From: Mobula hypostoma
Lineage: Eukaryota
Direction of reading: 5' to 3'
Assembly (NCBI RefSeq): GCF_963921235.1
Contig: NC_086097.1
Coordinates: 10,292,001 to 10,356,000, forward strand
Length of the DNA: 64,000 nt
This document shows positions 12,353 to 25,715 of the stretch, in pieces. Both the position numbers and the translations under genes were made by a program. The notes beneath the pieces were generated by a model that saw nothing but the letters and a program-made list of their open reading frames with translations, was not told where the DNA came from and ran no database searches. Numbering within the stretch: position 1 is the first letter of the stretch; every line of letters begins with the position of its first letter.

Positions 12353-14064
12353 CTGCGATATTCAAGCTTGTTTAATGTCATTTCCAGTACATAAGTATAA
12401 AGGAGAATAGAATAATTGTTACTCCAGATCCATACAACACAAAGAACACAATGAGATAAAGAGCACAATAATAAAAAACACAATTTTAAATACATACATA
12501 GATTCATTGTATGTCCATATACCAGTACACTTGCAAACCTGTGTAAATGTTTTGACAATAAATGCATTTGAAACACTTCTTACTGATATCTGATCTTTTT
12601 CGAAATATGCTGTACACTCTGGCTCTTGGACTCAGCAACAACGTTGATAAGGTTTGCCTGTTAAATGGATCCAGTTCTGAATTTAAGCCAAGCCACTTGC
12701 TTCAATTATACATTTGGGAAAAAAAGAAGCTGTCTCTGAATGGCAGGGCTCTGTCTGATTATGGTAAAATGAAAATTGTTCCAAATAGTTTCTGTGGAGC
12801 ACTTATAATTTGATATGCTTTGCAAGAGCTCCTTAAGTACATGGTCTGTAGTGAGGCTGCAAAATAACCATGCCTCTTGCCATCAGTCACTCACTCATTC
12901 CCTGCTATGCTTAAGCTGCCACTGTAATTGAATATTCCATTTATACCAATTTTAAAACTTGTTTTCCAAGGTGACACCTTAAATCATTACGCTCCGCTGC
13001 CAATTCTCTTGAAAGACCGTATCCTTAAATCCCATCCATCTTGTGATTATTCAGCTTCTGTCAGTCTGTCAATTAAAATTGTCAGATCGCACTGCCAGTA
13101 ATCTTTTTATTTTGCAATGTGTTGAAGGTGCTGGAGCTTTTTGTCAGATTTATGGTAAAACTTATGGGTATCACTTTATCCAATGCGCTCCTTATCATCA
13201 TCACGCTGAGCCGTGTTGTATGACATAGGCATCATGATCTTTCCATGACCATGATTTCTCTTGGCAATATTTTTCTACAGAAGTGGCTTGCCATTGCTTT
13301 CTTCTGGACGGTGTCTTTACAAGATAGATGGCCTCAGCTATTATCAATACTGTTCAGAGATTGTCTGCTTGGCATCAGTGGTCACGTAACCAGGACCTGT
13401 GATATGCACCAGCTGCTCACATGGCCATCCACCATCTGCTCCCATAGCTTCGCATGACTGTAATTGGTGGGGCTAAGCAGGTGCTACACCTTGTCCAAGG
13501 GTGACCTGCAGACTAGCGGAGGGAAAGAGTTCCTTACACCTCCTTTGGTAAAAATGCATGTCCACTCTGCCACCCACTCCTCATTAGTAAAAATATCACT
13601 AAACAATTCTTTACTTTAGGCAACCTATACAGTGCTCTTTAACCAGTATGAAATTAGATTAAATAATTACAATGATTTGCACAAGATTCCTTTCAGAGAC
13701 CAAGAAGAAAGGATAAAGAAAGTGCTTATATTTATAAAATACACAAAATGCTGGAGGAAATCAACAGGTCAGGCAGTATCTATGGAACTGAATGAACGGT
13801 CAACATTTTGGTCTGAAAGCCTTCATTGGAACTGTTTATTCCTTTCTAAGTTTGCTGCCTGACCTGCCAAGTTCCTATAGCATTTTTTGTATATTGCTTT
13901 GGATTTTCAGCATCCACAGAATTTTCCTTTTAAAATTATATGTTTAAACATAGATAATGTAATTTTCTAGAGGAGGTAAGTTTAGTTTGCTGAAACCAAA
14001 GAAAATAAAGCAGATTATAATTGCCTTCAATCATCAATTAGTCGTAGAGTGTTCAAGACATCGA

Positions 14065-14790
14065 GATATGCATCATGGTGACATTGCTCTTTAACCAAAC
14101 TTGCCCATGCTACACCTATTTCCTACCTGAGCAAATCTCATCTGCCTGTATTTAGCCAATGTCTCTCTCAACCTTTCTGATCCATGTACTTTTCCAAATA
14201 TCCTTTAAATATTGTAATTGTACCCATGAGTACCACTCATCACATTTGGCATACCAATCACTCTCTATGTAAAAAATTGCCCCTCGGTTCCCCTTTAAAT
14301 CTTTACTTATCACTTTAAATCTATGTCCTCTCATTTTAGGCTCCCTTACCCTGGGGGAAGTTATATATACTCCACGTGAGTTTATACACCTCTATCTTCA
14401 CCTCTCAGCCTCCTGAGTCTAGGGACAAAAGCCCCAGCTGAATCAATCTCTGCCAGTAACATAAGTCATCCAGTCCTAGAAACATAGTTGTGAACCCTTT
14501 CTGCACACTTTCCAGCTAATAAAATACTTCTTATCACTGACTGGCCAGAATGACACACAACAATCCAAGTGTCTCAGCAGTGTCTTGTACAGTTTTAACA
14601 TGATATCCCAGTTTTCTACTGAAAATGGCAGGAATGCCAAATGCCTACTTCACCATCCAATACCTTGTGTCACCACTTTCAGTGAACTATGTACTTTACC
14701 TTTAGATCACTCGGCTTTATAACACTATTAAGGACACCGGCACTTACTGTGTAGTTCATGTCCTGGTTTAACTTCCCAAAATGCAACACT
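14065..14790 (-). mobile_element. Old CR1 3' fragment
   Basis: MRGHRFKV motif and CR1-like 3' sequence. Confidence 0.65.
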
Positions 14791-14909
14791 TTAGACATGT
14801 CCCAGTAATATTTCTCTGTAGATGTTACAACTTATTCTGTATTTTGTTGTTGTTTTGCCTCATTTTGCTTCAATGCTTTGATCTGTATGAACAATATGGG
14901 CACTCTGAT

Positions 14910-15165
14910 AGTGTAATGGTTAGCGCGGATCTGTTACAGTTCACAGCGTCGGAGTTCAGAGTTCAGTTCCAACACCATCTGTAAGAAGTTTATACATCCT
15001 TCCCAGGAATGCGTGGTACTTCGGATACTCTGGTTTCCTCCCACATTCCAAGGATGTACCAGTTAATTGGTCATTGTAAATTGTCCTATACTTGTTTGCT
15101 GAGTGGTGAAGCTTGGAGGGCCGGAAAGGCCTGTCCCACACTGTAGCTCTAACTGAATAAAATAA
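14910..15165 (+). mobile_element. HE1/V-type SINE; further copies near 15440, 21575, 28720, 36765, 44250, 54200, 55360, 58235 and 60900
   Basis: Conserved core CTCTGGTTTCCTCCCACATTCCAAGGATGTAC, tRNA-like head and CR1-like GAAAGGCCTGT tail. Confidence 0.7.
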
Positions 15166-16834
15166 ATCCTGCAAGGCAAGTATTTTACTGTATCTCAATA
15201 CATGTGACAATAATAAACCAATCTTAATTCCATTTGCAAATTAGATCTGCCAATGCTTGCCCCAATTTTCCATCAATTATTTTTTAAAAACATTATTTTA
15301 AACTAAAAATTCTTTGTGATAATTTAATGATTCCAGGTGAGATCAAAGGTTTTTCTTTACTCAGAGTGTGCTTGGCAAACAGAAATTACAGCCTGAAAAG
15401 ACAACAAAGGCTAAAAGCTTTTTTACCCTTGTGGGCAACACGATAGTGTGGTGGTTAAAGTAATTCCCACTGCTGTCTGTAAGCAAGTTGTACATTTTCT
15501 CTGTGACTGCGAGGGTTTCCTGCAGATGCTCAAACATCCTTCCACAGTCCAAAGACGTACAGGCCAGGATTAATTGCCATGTTATGTTGGTGCCAGAAGC
15601 ATTATGATACTTGTGGACAGCCCAGCAGAATCCTCACTGATTTAATTTGACATAAACAATGCATTTCACTGTATGTTTTGATGTATTGCTAGCCTTTTCT
15701 GTTACCTTTATCTTTATTATAATTAAAACACAATTAGTTGTGTAATTGAAGGACTGTGTTAGTGATGCAATAAGGAACGGTAGTTTTTTTTTGTTCAGCT
15801 GTTCTTGGGGTGAATGTGGTGTCCAGGGAGGGGTAGCCCTTCTGGTGAAGAGGCTTGTCATGTACATTCCAGTTCTGCTGACTCACATTTGGTCCTAACC
15901 AGACACTCAACTCTCACCTGTCTCTGCAAGTAACTGTTAGCATGCGATAGCAGTTACGCCTCAGTACGCCGCTTCCACAGGTGGGCCAAACCAGGTGAGG
16001 GTATTTGGTGGGCCTCATACCCCGGTGAGGTAGGGTCATGCTTGTCCTAGCACGCAAAGTCAACTCCGGTGAATAGGACGGATGAGATCTGCAGTGCAAT
16101 CCAACAGCCAGGAAGGTGGTCCTCCACTGGAACTGAGAAAGACCCCAGTTTGTGAAACATGTTGGGACCACTGGACCTGCACTTGTGAGTTCGAAAGTTT
16201 GGAACTGCCCCAGTGCAACAGATTTTCCACTTTAAAAACTCTCCCTTTCATTATTGGACATGATGGACAACCACCACACAGTTCTAAGCATGATGGGTTG
16301 CATGGTCTCCCTTGAATTGTAAACTCTCTATAATTCTACTCTTTGTTGAACAATGCAAGTCCATGCTAATCCTTGCAGTGATGGCAGCAGCAAAGTCTTC
16401 ACAGCTAATTATCCAACTTTCATAGTTTGCTGCCTGGACACTATTATTAGGTAGATTTATCCTGTTAGTGCATCCCTTACAGTGAGAATACCTATATTTT
16501 TATTCAAATGATTGCAAGAAAATAAACCAGCAGTTACTTGAATCACTAGAGGTTATGGGGTCTGCTGTATTTGGAGCTATCAGAGACATTTTGGCTTCTC
16601 TTCATGCTGGCGTTCCTCCAGTGTCTCCTATTAAGGTTCCCCCAGACAGGGTAACCTTTGTAAAGTACAGAGACTGACGATGAATTGTGTGCTACAGCTC
16701 TTTTTATGTCAGCTGTTGTTAAAGTAATTTTGCCAGTCACCATTTCCTAACCTTGAGCAATCATCTTCAAAGGGAGTGAAGAAAGAAGTTTCATACTCGG
16801 AACAATGCATTGTCAAATTGAGACTGCAATTACT

Positions 16835-17114
16835 GGGCCGGCTGGTGGCACAACGACATCGGCACTGGACGCGGGAGCGGAGGTTCCCAGGTTCGAGACT
16901 AGTCGGGTCCGCTCCCGAGTACGCTTTCCACCCGTGCTGCATTGAGTGTCAGGATCACGACTCGACCTCGTGAAGTGAGGGGAAAATGCTGCGAGGGTCT
17001 CTGTGTGAGGAGTGGCATGCCACATGGTCTCTCTCTCGCTCTGCGCCTTGTAAAAGCCATGAAAAAGAAGGACATCATCACGGACAGACGCACACGCACG
17101 CACACAAAAAAAAG
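16835..17114 (+). mobile_element. Young tRNA-derived SINE
   Basis: A-box-like TGGCACAACG, B-box GGTTCGAGACT, CpG-rich, (GCAC)n plus A tail; perfect 15-bp TSD GAGACTGCAATTACT (16820-16834, 17115-17129). Confidence 0.85.
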
Positions 17115-19359
17115 GAGACTGCAATTACTAAAATATTTTTAATCCAGGTCTAAGTAGGTGTTTAAATTGATATTAAAGGCTTATGTCTAGGTTTTTTTTG
17201 CCATGAAGGTGGGGGCTTATATGGGAGGCAGGGTTTGAGGGTCGGCACAACATTGTGGGCCGAAGGGCCTGTACTGTGCTGTACTATTCTATGTTCTATG
17301 TTCTATGAATGTTCCAAATAAGAGAACAGTCAGAAAAGGAAATGTGTTAAGATTTCCACTCTAATCTTCACATCAGCATTCCTGACCATCTTCCTCATTT
17401 TAAATCATCATGATGAAAATGCATTGAATATTTTTGAGATTCATTTGTACATAGACCAATTGTACGTCTAATTTCACAATCATGACAAAAATGGGTGCCT
17501 GGAATGTGCTGCCTGGGGTGGTGGTAGAAGCAGATACATTAGGGACTGTTAAGAGATGTTTAGATAGGCACATGAATGTGAAGAAAATGGAAGGATATGG
17601 ACATAGTGCAGGCAGAAGAAAGTAGTTTAGTTAGCCATTTGAACACTAATTTAATTGGTTTGGCACAACATTGTACATTTACAATACAAACATTCTGGAA
17701 AAATGCTAGTTATCTATGCACACAAAAAAAGGCACAAATCCAGTCTGTTTTATTAATGCCTAATCTGTCTACTCTCAATCAATCAATCCTAATTACTCAA
17801 ATGTATTTACTTTAAAACACTCAGATTATTTATTTATGTATTTATTCATTCATTTGCTCATTCATTCTGCTTACATAGATAAAACAAGAAGTATTTTGTA
17901 TTCAGAGCATTAGGAGTCTTTCTGAATAAGACACTGCAAGAATGCAGGACCAAAGTCATTCATTTTAAGCAAATATCTAACTTTTTAAAAATGGCAAGTA
18001 AGGGAATTCACATTGTTTGATGCATCTTATTAACACTACAATCTTACTTTGTCCTCTGTTGTGCAAGAATGCTTATTTATGAATATCAGTTTACCTCTTG
18101 TATTTTAGATGCCATTAACGCCATGAAAGCCACGTGGCACATGATCCACAGGACGATATCAGTGGCCCTCCATTGGTCGAGGTCGACCATGGACGTAGCG
18201 TCCTAGCAAAACCATCTGTGGCTGATAAGACCAATACTAGGGTGGCAAGTCTCTGTTGCAAAGATTGCATCTACAAGTGGTCTCAGCTCTTCCTTTCTAT
18301 GGACCTGTTTGTCTTGCGCCTCTTACAGGAATTTTCTCTTGCCTGACTTAAGCTGTTGTTTCAGGGTGCTTCTCCATCTACTGCGGTCAGCTGCAAGTTC
18401 CTCCCAGAGCTCAGTATTGACACCCAGCGCCTTCATGTCCCGCTTGCGTCTGCATCCTTGTAGCGCAGTTGTGGGCAGCCAGTGGCTCTCCTGCTTGAAG
18501 CCAGCTCACTGCAGAAGACATCTTTTGGGATGCAAGCATCATGCATGCGGCAGACATGACCCATTCAGCTCTGCCTGAACAGGGTGTGCACACTAGGGAG
18601 GCTGGCACAAGAAATAACCTCAGAATTGTGTACACTGTATCTCCAGGAGATACTCAAGATGCAACGATACCTTAAGGGTGATATCAGAGTCAGAATATCA
18701 TTATGAGGAGAGATCAGATATATATACGGATTACTTCCCCTTGAATAGCAAATACTGGAAGGAGATTGAATATATATCTTTTTTTGAATTGTGAAAGGAT
18801 TTGACAGATGAATAGAGAGACAAAAAACTCTTTCCTCTAGTTCAGGAATTGATAATGAGGGCTGGTCAATTTAAAATTGCCAGTAACATAATGACGGAAG
18901 AGATTAAGCCCAGCTTATTTCCTCCAAGATTTGTTAGAGCATAGAAGACTTTGGCAGAGGAAGGAAAAGCGATTAAAAAAACATCCTAATTTTTCAATGA
19001 AAAATGGAGAAATATTTAAAGGAAAGAGCGAACATGGGCACAGTAACACAAATGGCCTATCTCTCTGTGCTGTTACATTTTTATTGTCTGTTGATTCTAA
19101 TTGCACTCTGTGTATTCTTCATCTTCCTCCTTTTTAATGATCCTGAAAGTTTTTAAAAGTGGCTGATATATTCCTTTCTGAGGAGCTCTCACTGTTCATG
19201 AATAGGGATGAGGTTATATCATTGCTTTAGCTTTGATGTGAAGCAATTTTGTAATGAGGCAAATGGACCATTACACTCATTCATTGATCTTTCTGTCAAA
19301 TGGACCGAGTTCCAGAGTGCTGCAAATAGAAGCTATGAGTGAATACGTGAACATGAAAA

Positions 19360-19725
19360 TCATGAAGATGCTGGAACTCCAAAGCAACTCACACAAAATG
19401 CTGGAGGAACACAGTAGGTCAGGCAGCATCTATGGAAATAACTAGTCAGTCGACTTTTCGGGCCGAGACCTTTCTTCAGGACTAGAAAGGAAGAGGAAAG
19501 ATGCCAGAATAAAAAGGTGGGGGGAAGGGGAAGGAGGACTAGCTAGAAGGAGATAGCTGAAGACAGGTCGGTGGGAAAGATAAAGGGTGAGAGAGGAAGA
19601 GATCTGATAGGAGAGGAGAGTGGACCATAGGAGAAAGAGAAGGAAGTGGGGCACCAGGGGGATATGGTAGGCAGATGAGAAGAGGGGAATAGAGGGAATA
19701 GAAGAGGGAAGAGGAAAGGATTTTT
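19360..19725 (-). mobile_element. Penelope-like 3' tail fragment
   Basis: Reverse complement resembles the 42255-42647 tail, including the hammerhead-like block. Confidence 0.75.
19447..19484 (-). ncRNA. Minimal hammerhead ribozyme-like motif, variant copy
   Basis: Minus strand: TAGTC CTGAAGA aaggtctcggccc GAAA AGTC GACTG; core retained, stem III palindrome mutated. Confidence 0.5.
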
Positions 19726-20119
19726 TTTGGTAAGTCAAATAATATGTGAGGTGGCTTTTACTCAATACAGTTTTTTTCACTTAGCACTTCTTCACTTTCC
19801 ATGGGAAGTCACCTTTAGAAGATACTTGTGCAGTTGATTGTAATCCTTAAGAGTTTTATGAAATAAGTGCAGAGAAATAACACTCTGAATTCTCTGGCCG
19901 GCAATGACACAGTGTGAGGCATCTAACTCTGAATGCATGAGGATCTCCTTGAAAAGGCAAACTGCAGACTTGTTGAACATGTGGCTCAACAGGAATTGTT
20001 TCAAAGTCTACCGTTCTCATCACAAATGTGAAAAGACCTATCAGTAGTCTCCTGATCATTTGTTGCATTATCAGTAGACAGACTGACAAAATGTTTAAGC
20101 TATCATGGCATTTCTCTGG

Positions 20120-20765
20120 AGGGGATGTTCACTATAGTTGGGGAGCCGAGGGCCAGAAGGCACTACCCCAGAATAGAAGGGTGTTAGAACAGAGATGAGG
20201 AAGAAATTCTTCAGCCAGAGGGTGGCGAATCTGTGGAATTCATTGCCATGGACAGTTGTAGAGACCAAGTCATTGGGTATATTTAAAGTGAAGGTTGATA
20301 GGTTCTTGATTAGTAAGGGTGTCAAAAGTAATAGGGAACAGGCAGAGAATGGGGTTGAGAGGGATATAATGCCATGATGAAAGGTGGAGCAGACTTAATG
20401 GCCCAAATATAGATATAGGAGCAGAATTAGACCATTTGGGCCATTGAATCTGCTCCATCATTTCATCATGGTTGATCCAATTTGCCTCTCAGCCCCTATC
20501 GCCTGCCTTCTCCCCATATTCCTTCATGCCCTGACCAATCAAGAATCTATTAATCTCTGCCTTAAATATACATAAAGACTTGGTCTCTACGGCTACCGGT
20601 GGCAAAGAATTCCACAGATTCACCATTTCCTGGCTAAAGAAATACCTCCTCATCTCAGTTCTAAAAGGACACCCATCTATTCTGAGGCTGTGTCCTCTGG
20701 TCTTAGACTTTCCCACTATAGGAAACATCCAATCCACATCTACTCTATCAAGGCCTTTCACCATT
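20120..20765. mobile_element. Two CR1 3' fragments arranged tail to tail (+ then -)
   Basis: MRKKFFSQRVANLWNSLP on + and MRRYFFSQEMVNLWNSLP on -. Confidence 0.75.
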
Positions 20766-22099
20766 GTGTGGGGGAGGGGGAGGGGGGGCTTTGGGGTTCT
20801 AAGTTTTTTCTGTCATTCATTCTTTTAGGGTTCTTCTGTTTTTTGTTGATGTCTGCAAAGATGAGTATTTCAAATTGTATATTGTATACATTCTCTGATA
20901 ATAAACAAAACTATTGAACCATTATATATGTCCATGTCTTTATGTGGTGCATGGAACACTGAGTGATTACCCATTTAATAACCAATTGTCCTTTGCTTGT
21001 ATTGCAACTTACTGCCCGTTATGTAGATGACGCTTAGGGCTGCAAAGAAGGTCCTTCATCTCTGGCAGTGTCATTACTTCATTCATCATGTTAATAGTTT
21101 CCTTTCAGTTTTCATTACAGTCGGTCATGCAAGTCCCGGGTGGAGACTCAGGAATGCCATCACACTCAGACATAGAAGGGTTCTTCACTGCTATGTCTTT
21201 ACCAGTCATGGTTGTTAACCTTGAGCTGAACCCCCAAAACTGAGGGAAAGGTTGACCACTCTTAGCCTGGCATCTACCCTTTGACCTGTTTGGCATGGGT
21301 GACCCTACGAAGAGCCAAAGCATAAAGCCCTGACTCCAGCCAGCACAGCTCTCTGGGCCACTGAAGCATGCAAGCCCCCAAACCACAACAAAATTGTGGT
21401 CCTCTTGGAGGTTATGTTGCAATAATGGTTATGAAAGTGGTACTATTAACTGCCAGAAAGTTCCTCTGTTTCTTTCTGTGGAGCGGTTGCAAGCTTGTAG
21501 GCACTGAGCAGCAGAAAATAAAAAAGGCCCTTCTGAGCTGTGCTGCCCAGCAACACACTTATTTAACTTCAACCTAATCAGAGGACACTTTACAATGACC
21601 AAATAACTTACTAGCAGCTACTTCTTTGGATTAAGGGAGGAAATCAGAGCACCTGGAGAAAACCTACACGGTCACAGAGAGAACATACAAAATCCTTACA
21701 GATGGTGCTGGTGTTGAACTCCAAACTGCAATGCCCCACGGTGTAACAGTATCGCACTATATGGCGTATTCCTCCCTTTGTATGTTCCTTCGTTAAGTTA
21801 AGTATCTGCAATAAGTTGACTTTTAACCATATAACCATATAACAATTAAAGCACGGAAACAGGCCATTTCGGCCCTTCTAGTCCGTGCCGAATGCTTACT
21901 CTCACCTAGTACCACCAACCTTCACACAGCCCATAACCCTCCATTCCTTTCCTGTCCATATAGCTGTCAGACTTACAGGCAGCCCATGGTTCATTATCAA
22001 TTGAGCATTAATATCAAAATGCATTCTACAGTACAGAATAATTACTATTTTACAAAGCACAGCATGATATGAATAGAATAGATATTACTATATGAATAA

Positions 22100-22930
22100 C
22101 TATAGTAACAACCTGGCACTCAACATCAGTAAGACGAAAGAGCTGATTGTGGACTTTAGGAAGGGTAAAACATAGGAACACATACCAATCCTCATAGAGA
22201 AATCGGAAGTGGACAGAGTGAGAAGTTTCAATTTCCTGGGTGTCAAGATCTCTGAGGATCTAAGCTGGTTCCAATATATCGATGTAGTTATATAGAAGGC
22301 AAGACAGTGGATATACTTCAGTAGGAGTTTGAAGAGATTTGGCATGCCAACAAATGCACTCAAGAACTTCTATAGCTGTACTGTGGAGAGCATTCTGACA
22401 GGCTGCATCACTGTCTGGTATGGAGGGGCTACTGCACAGGACCGAAAGAAGCTGCAGAAGGTTGTAAGTCTAGTCAGTTCCGTCTTCAGTACTAGCCTAC
22501 AAAGTACCCAGGACATCTTCAGGCTGTGGTGTTTCAGAAGGCAGTGTCCATTATTAAGGACGTCCAGCACCCAGGGCATGCCCTTTTCTCACTGTTACCA
22601 TCAGGTAGGAGGTACAGAAGCCTGAAGGCACACACTCAGTGATTCAGGAACAGCTTTTTCCCCTCTGCCATCCGATTCTTAAATGGACATTGAATCTTTG
22701 GACACTACCTCTCCTTTTTTTAATATACAGTATTTCTGTTTTTGCACAATTTTAAAATCTATTCAATATACGTATACTTTAATTTATTTACTTGTTTATT
22801 TATTATTATTTTTTTATTTTATGTATTATTATTATTTCTCTGCTAGATTATGTATTGCATTGAACTGCTGCTGCTAAGTTACCAAATTTCACGTCACATG
22901 CCGGTGATAATAAACCTAATTCTGATTATG
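22100..22930 (+). mobile_element. Rex1/Babar-like LINE 3' fragment
   Basis: LNISKTKELIVDFRK and FYSCTVESILTGCITVWYG motifs; AATAAACC(TGATTC)-type tail. Confidence 0.8.
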
Positions 22931-24189
22931 ATATATTCCAGAGTAATATTCAAGAAGATACCAAAAGTGTCTTCTGATATAACACCTATAAAAAGTATTC
23001 ACCCCCTTGAATATATTCATGTTTTATTGTTTTACAACATTGAATCATAATTTTGGTTTCATCAGCATTCTTCTTCCAACTGACTTCTGAGTCTTCCACA
23101 TGCCTTCTAGCAAAATCTAGCCAAGATTTCATGTGAGTTTTTTTCAAGCGACTTTCTCCCATAAAGCTGCGACAGGTGAAGCATGACTTAAGATGGAAAA
23201 CATTGTGTCGTGCAAGTTACTATAAGTGAATGAAACTGGTCATCAGGGGGATTTGGGATTGCTATCATGCGTATTCATGACTCCGCCCTGTGAATAAAAC
23301 ATAAGAGCACCACAGCAGTTTTCTAGGCCCACCTTTGTATACGTTGTAGGTTTCTCAGCCGAAAAGTTCAAGCCCAGTCAGAAGTACTACACATGCTTAT
23401 GGGAGCAAAAATACAGTGCATCCTACCATTGAAATGTGGTTCCATGGGCAGAAATAAAAGGTGCATTGTGATGCACTTAGCACTAATTTATCTGTTCTAG
23501 AAACCCATTAACTGTCAGTCATCAACTTGCTCATGCTAAACTGAAATGGATGGCTTCTAATATCAAGGCTGAGTTCTATTTCTTAAGAACTGTTAAGTTG
23601 ATTTTACCTTGCTGGTGAGGTCTCAAGGGGTAAAATTGGCTGTTGAACTTCCTCATTTAACAATAGTCTCCCTGTACTGAAATTAGTCCTCTGGCCACTA
23701 TAAGGCCAACCTTATTCTTCTCCATCTCCACTGGGTCTCTATAACTGCCTAACTATCATCTTGCAGGAAGCCCACTCCTGAGTGATTCACAAACACTTAC
23801 TTCATGGATAATAAAAACTTGAAACCATTTTGCCATTCTCTCTAGATCTGAGCTCAGGACTGAACTAGAAAAACATTCAGAAGTTGAGACCTGTTGGCTG
23901 GAACCATGGTCTGCAAATATCTGCGAAACCATGTCCGCATCTGAATCTGGGTCTGCTGGAGGCCAAAGAATGTAGACTGTGTGGGGTTGAAGGACTATAT
24001 ATGTGGGTAGGTGGGAGGGAGGAATGAGCGCTTCCTTTGCTGTAGCTGTTTTTATTGAGTTGCGTTCTATGTTGTTCTGCAGAGCATTGTAGGTATGCTA
24101 TATTGGCGGCAGAAAGTGTAACAAAACTTGCAGGCTTCCCTTCCAGTCCACCTTGGGTGTGTTCATTGATTACATAAATGACATATTTC

Positions 24190-25715
24190 ACAAGGCTTGC
24201 TTAGGAACTTTAGATATATATATATATACTGTATTTGGCAATGTGGAGCAGAGGCCGAGTTTGTAAATCAGGTGGGAGTAAATAGTCATAGTCATACTTT
24301 ATTGATCCCGGGGGAAATTGGTTTTTGTTACAGTTGCGCCATAAATAATTAAATAGTAATATGTAAATTATGCCAGGAAATAAGTCCAGGACCAGCCTAT
24401 TGGCTCAGGGTGTCTGACCCTCCAAGGGAGGAGTTGTAAAGTTTGATGGCCACAGGCAGGAATGACTTCCTATGACGCTCTGTGCTGCATCTCGGTGGAA
24501 TGAGTCTCTGGCTGAATATACTCCTGTGCCCAACCAGTACATTATGTAGTGGATGGGAGACATTGTCCAAGCTGGCATGCAATTTGGACAGCATCCTCTT
24601 TTCAGACACCACCATCAGAGAGTCCAGTTCCATCCCCACAACATCACTGGCCTTACGAATGAATTTGGTGATTCTGTTGGTGTCTGCTATCCTCAGCCTG
24701 CTGCCCCAGCACACAACAGCAAACATGATAGTACTGGCCACCACAGACTCGTAGAACATCCTCAGCATCGTCCAGCAGATGTTAAAGCACCTCAGTCTCC
24801 TCAGGAAATAGAGACGGCTCTGACCCTTCTTGTAGACAACCTCAGTGTTCTTTGACCAGTCCAGTTTATTGTCAATTCATATCCCCAGGTATTTGTAATC
24901 CTCCACCATGTCCACACTGACCCCCTGGATGGAAACAGCGGTCACCGGTACCTTAGCTCTCCTCAGGTCTACCACCAGCTCCTTAGTCTTTTTGACATTA
25001 AGCTGCAGATAATTCTGCTCACACCATGTGACAAAGTTTCCTACTGTAGCCCTGTACTCAGCCTCATCTCCCTTGCAGATACATCCAACTATGGCAGAGT
25101 CATCAGAAAACTTCCGAAGATAACAAGACTCTGTGCAGTAGTTGAACTCCGAGGTGTAAATGGTGAAGAGAAAGGGAGACAAGACAGTCCCCTGTGGAGC
25201 CCCAGTGCTGCTGATCACTCTGTCAGACACACAGTGTTGCAAGCACACGTACTGTGATCTGCCAGTCAGGTAATCAAGAATCCATGACACCAGGAAAGCA
25301 TCCACCTGCATCGCTGTCAACTAAAGGATATTGGGAACGGGGAGGGTGGTGTTCTGTGGGAGGGTATGGGACAGGTGGCAGAGAAGGAGTGCCAGGAGGC
25401 AACGGTGGCACAGATGCAGGCACACCCACCCTTGAGACACCAGGCACGGTCGTTTGATTCCAAACAATTGGTTTATTGTTCATTACAGAATGTCTCTCTG
25501 GTGCTTCCTGCTCCCTCTCCTCTCCCTTCCCATTTTCCCAACCATGAGTTCCCTCACCCTGCCTCTTTCCCACTCTCAGCCCACAATAGAGACCCATATC
25601 AGAATCTTGTTTATCTCACTCACAGATGTTATGAAATTTTATTTGTAGTAGCAGCAGTTAAGTGCAATACATAAAATTGCTACATATAGGTACCTAAAAC
25701 TTTTGCACAGTACTG
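24190..25715. mobile_element. Tc1/mariner-like non-autonomous element split by a Rex1 insertion
   Basis: Collinear with 60335-60886 once 24282-25318 is removed; CTTTTGCACAGTACTG terminus. Confidence 0.55.
24282..25318 (-). mobile_element. Rex1/Babar-like LINE, 5'-truncated RT
   Basis: TGAPQGTVLSPFLFTIYT, KFSDD, LNVKKTKELVVD; (TATGAC)n tail. Confidence 0.9.

Noticed and set aside
16835..16910. tRNA gene
   Set aside because: No complete cloverleaf; continues into a SINE body and tail bounded by a TSD
19812..20007. 65-codon open minus-strand segment (LKQFLLSHMFNK...KYLLK) as a host exon
   Set aside because: Weak acceptor, no recognised homology; cannot be supported without a search
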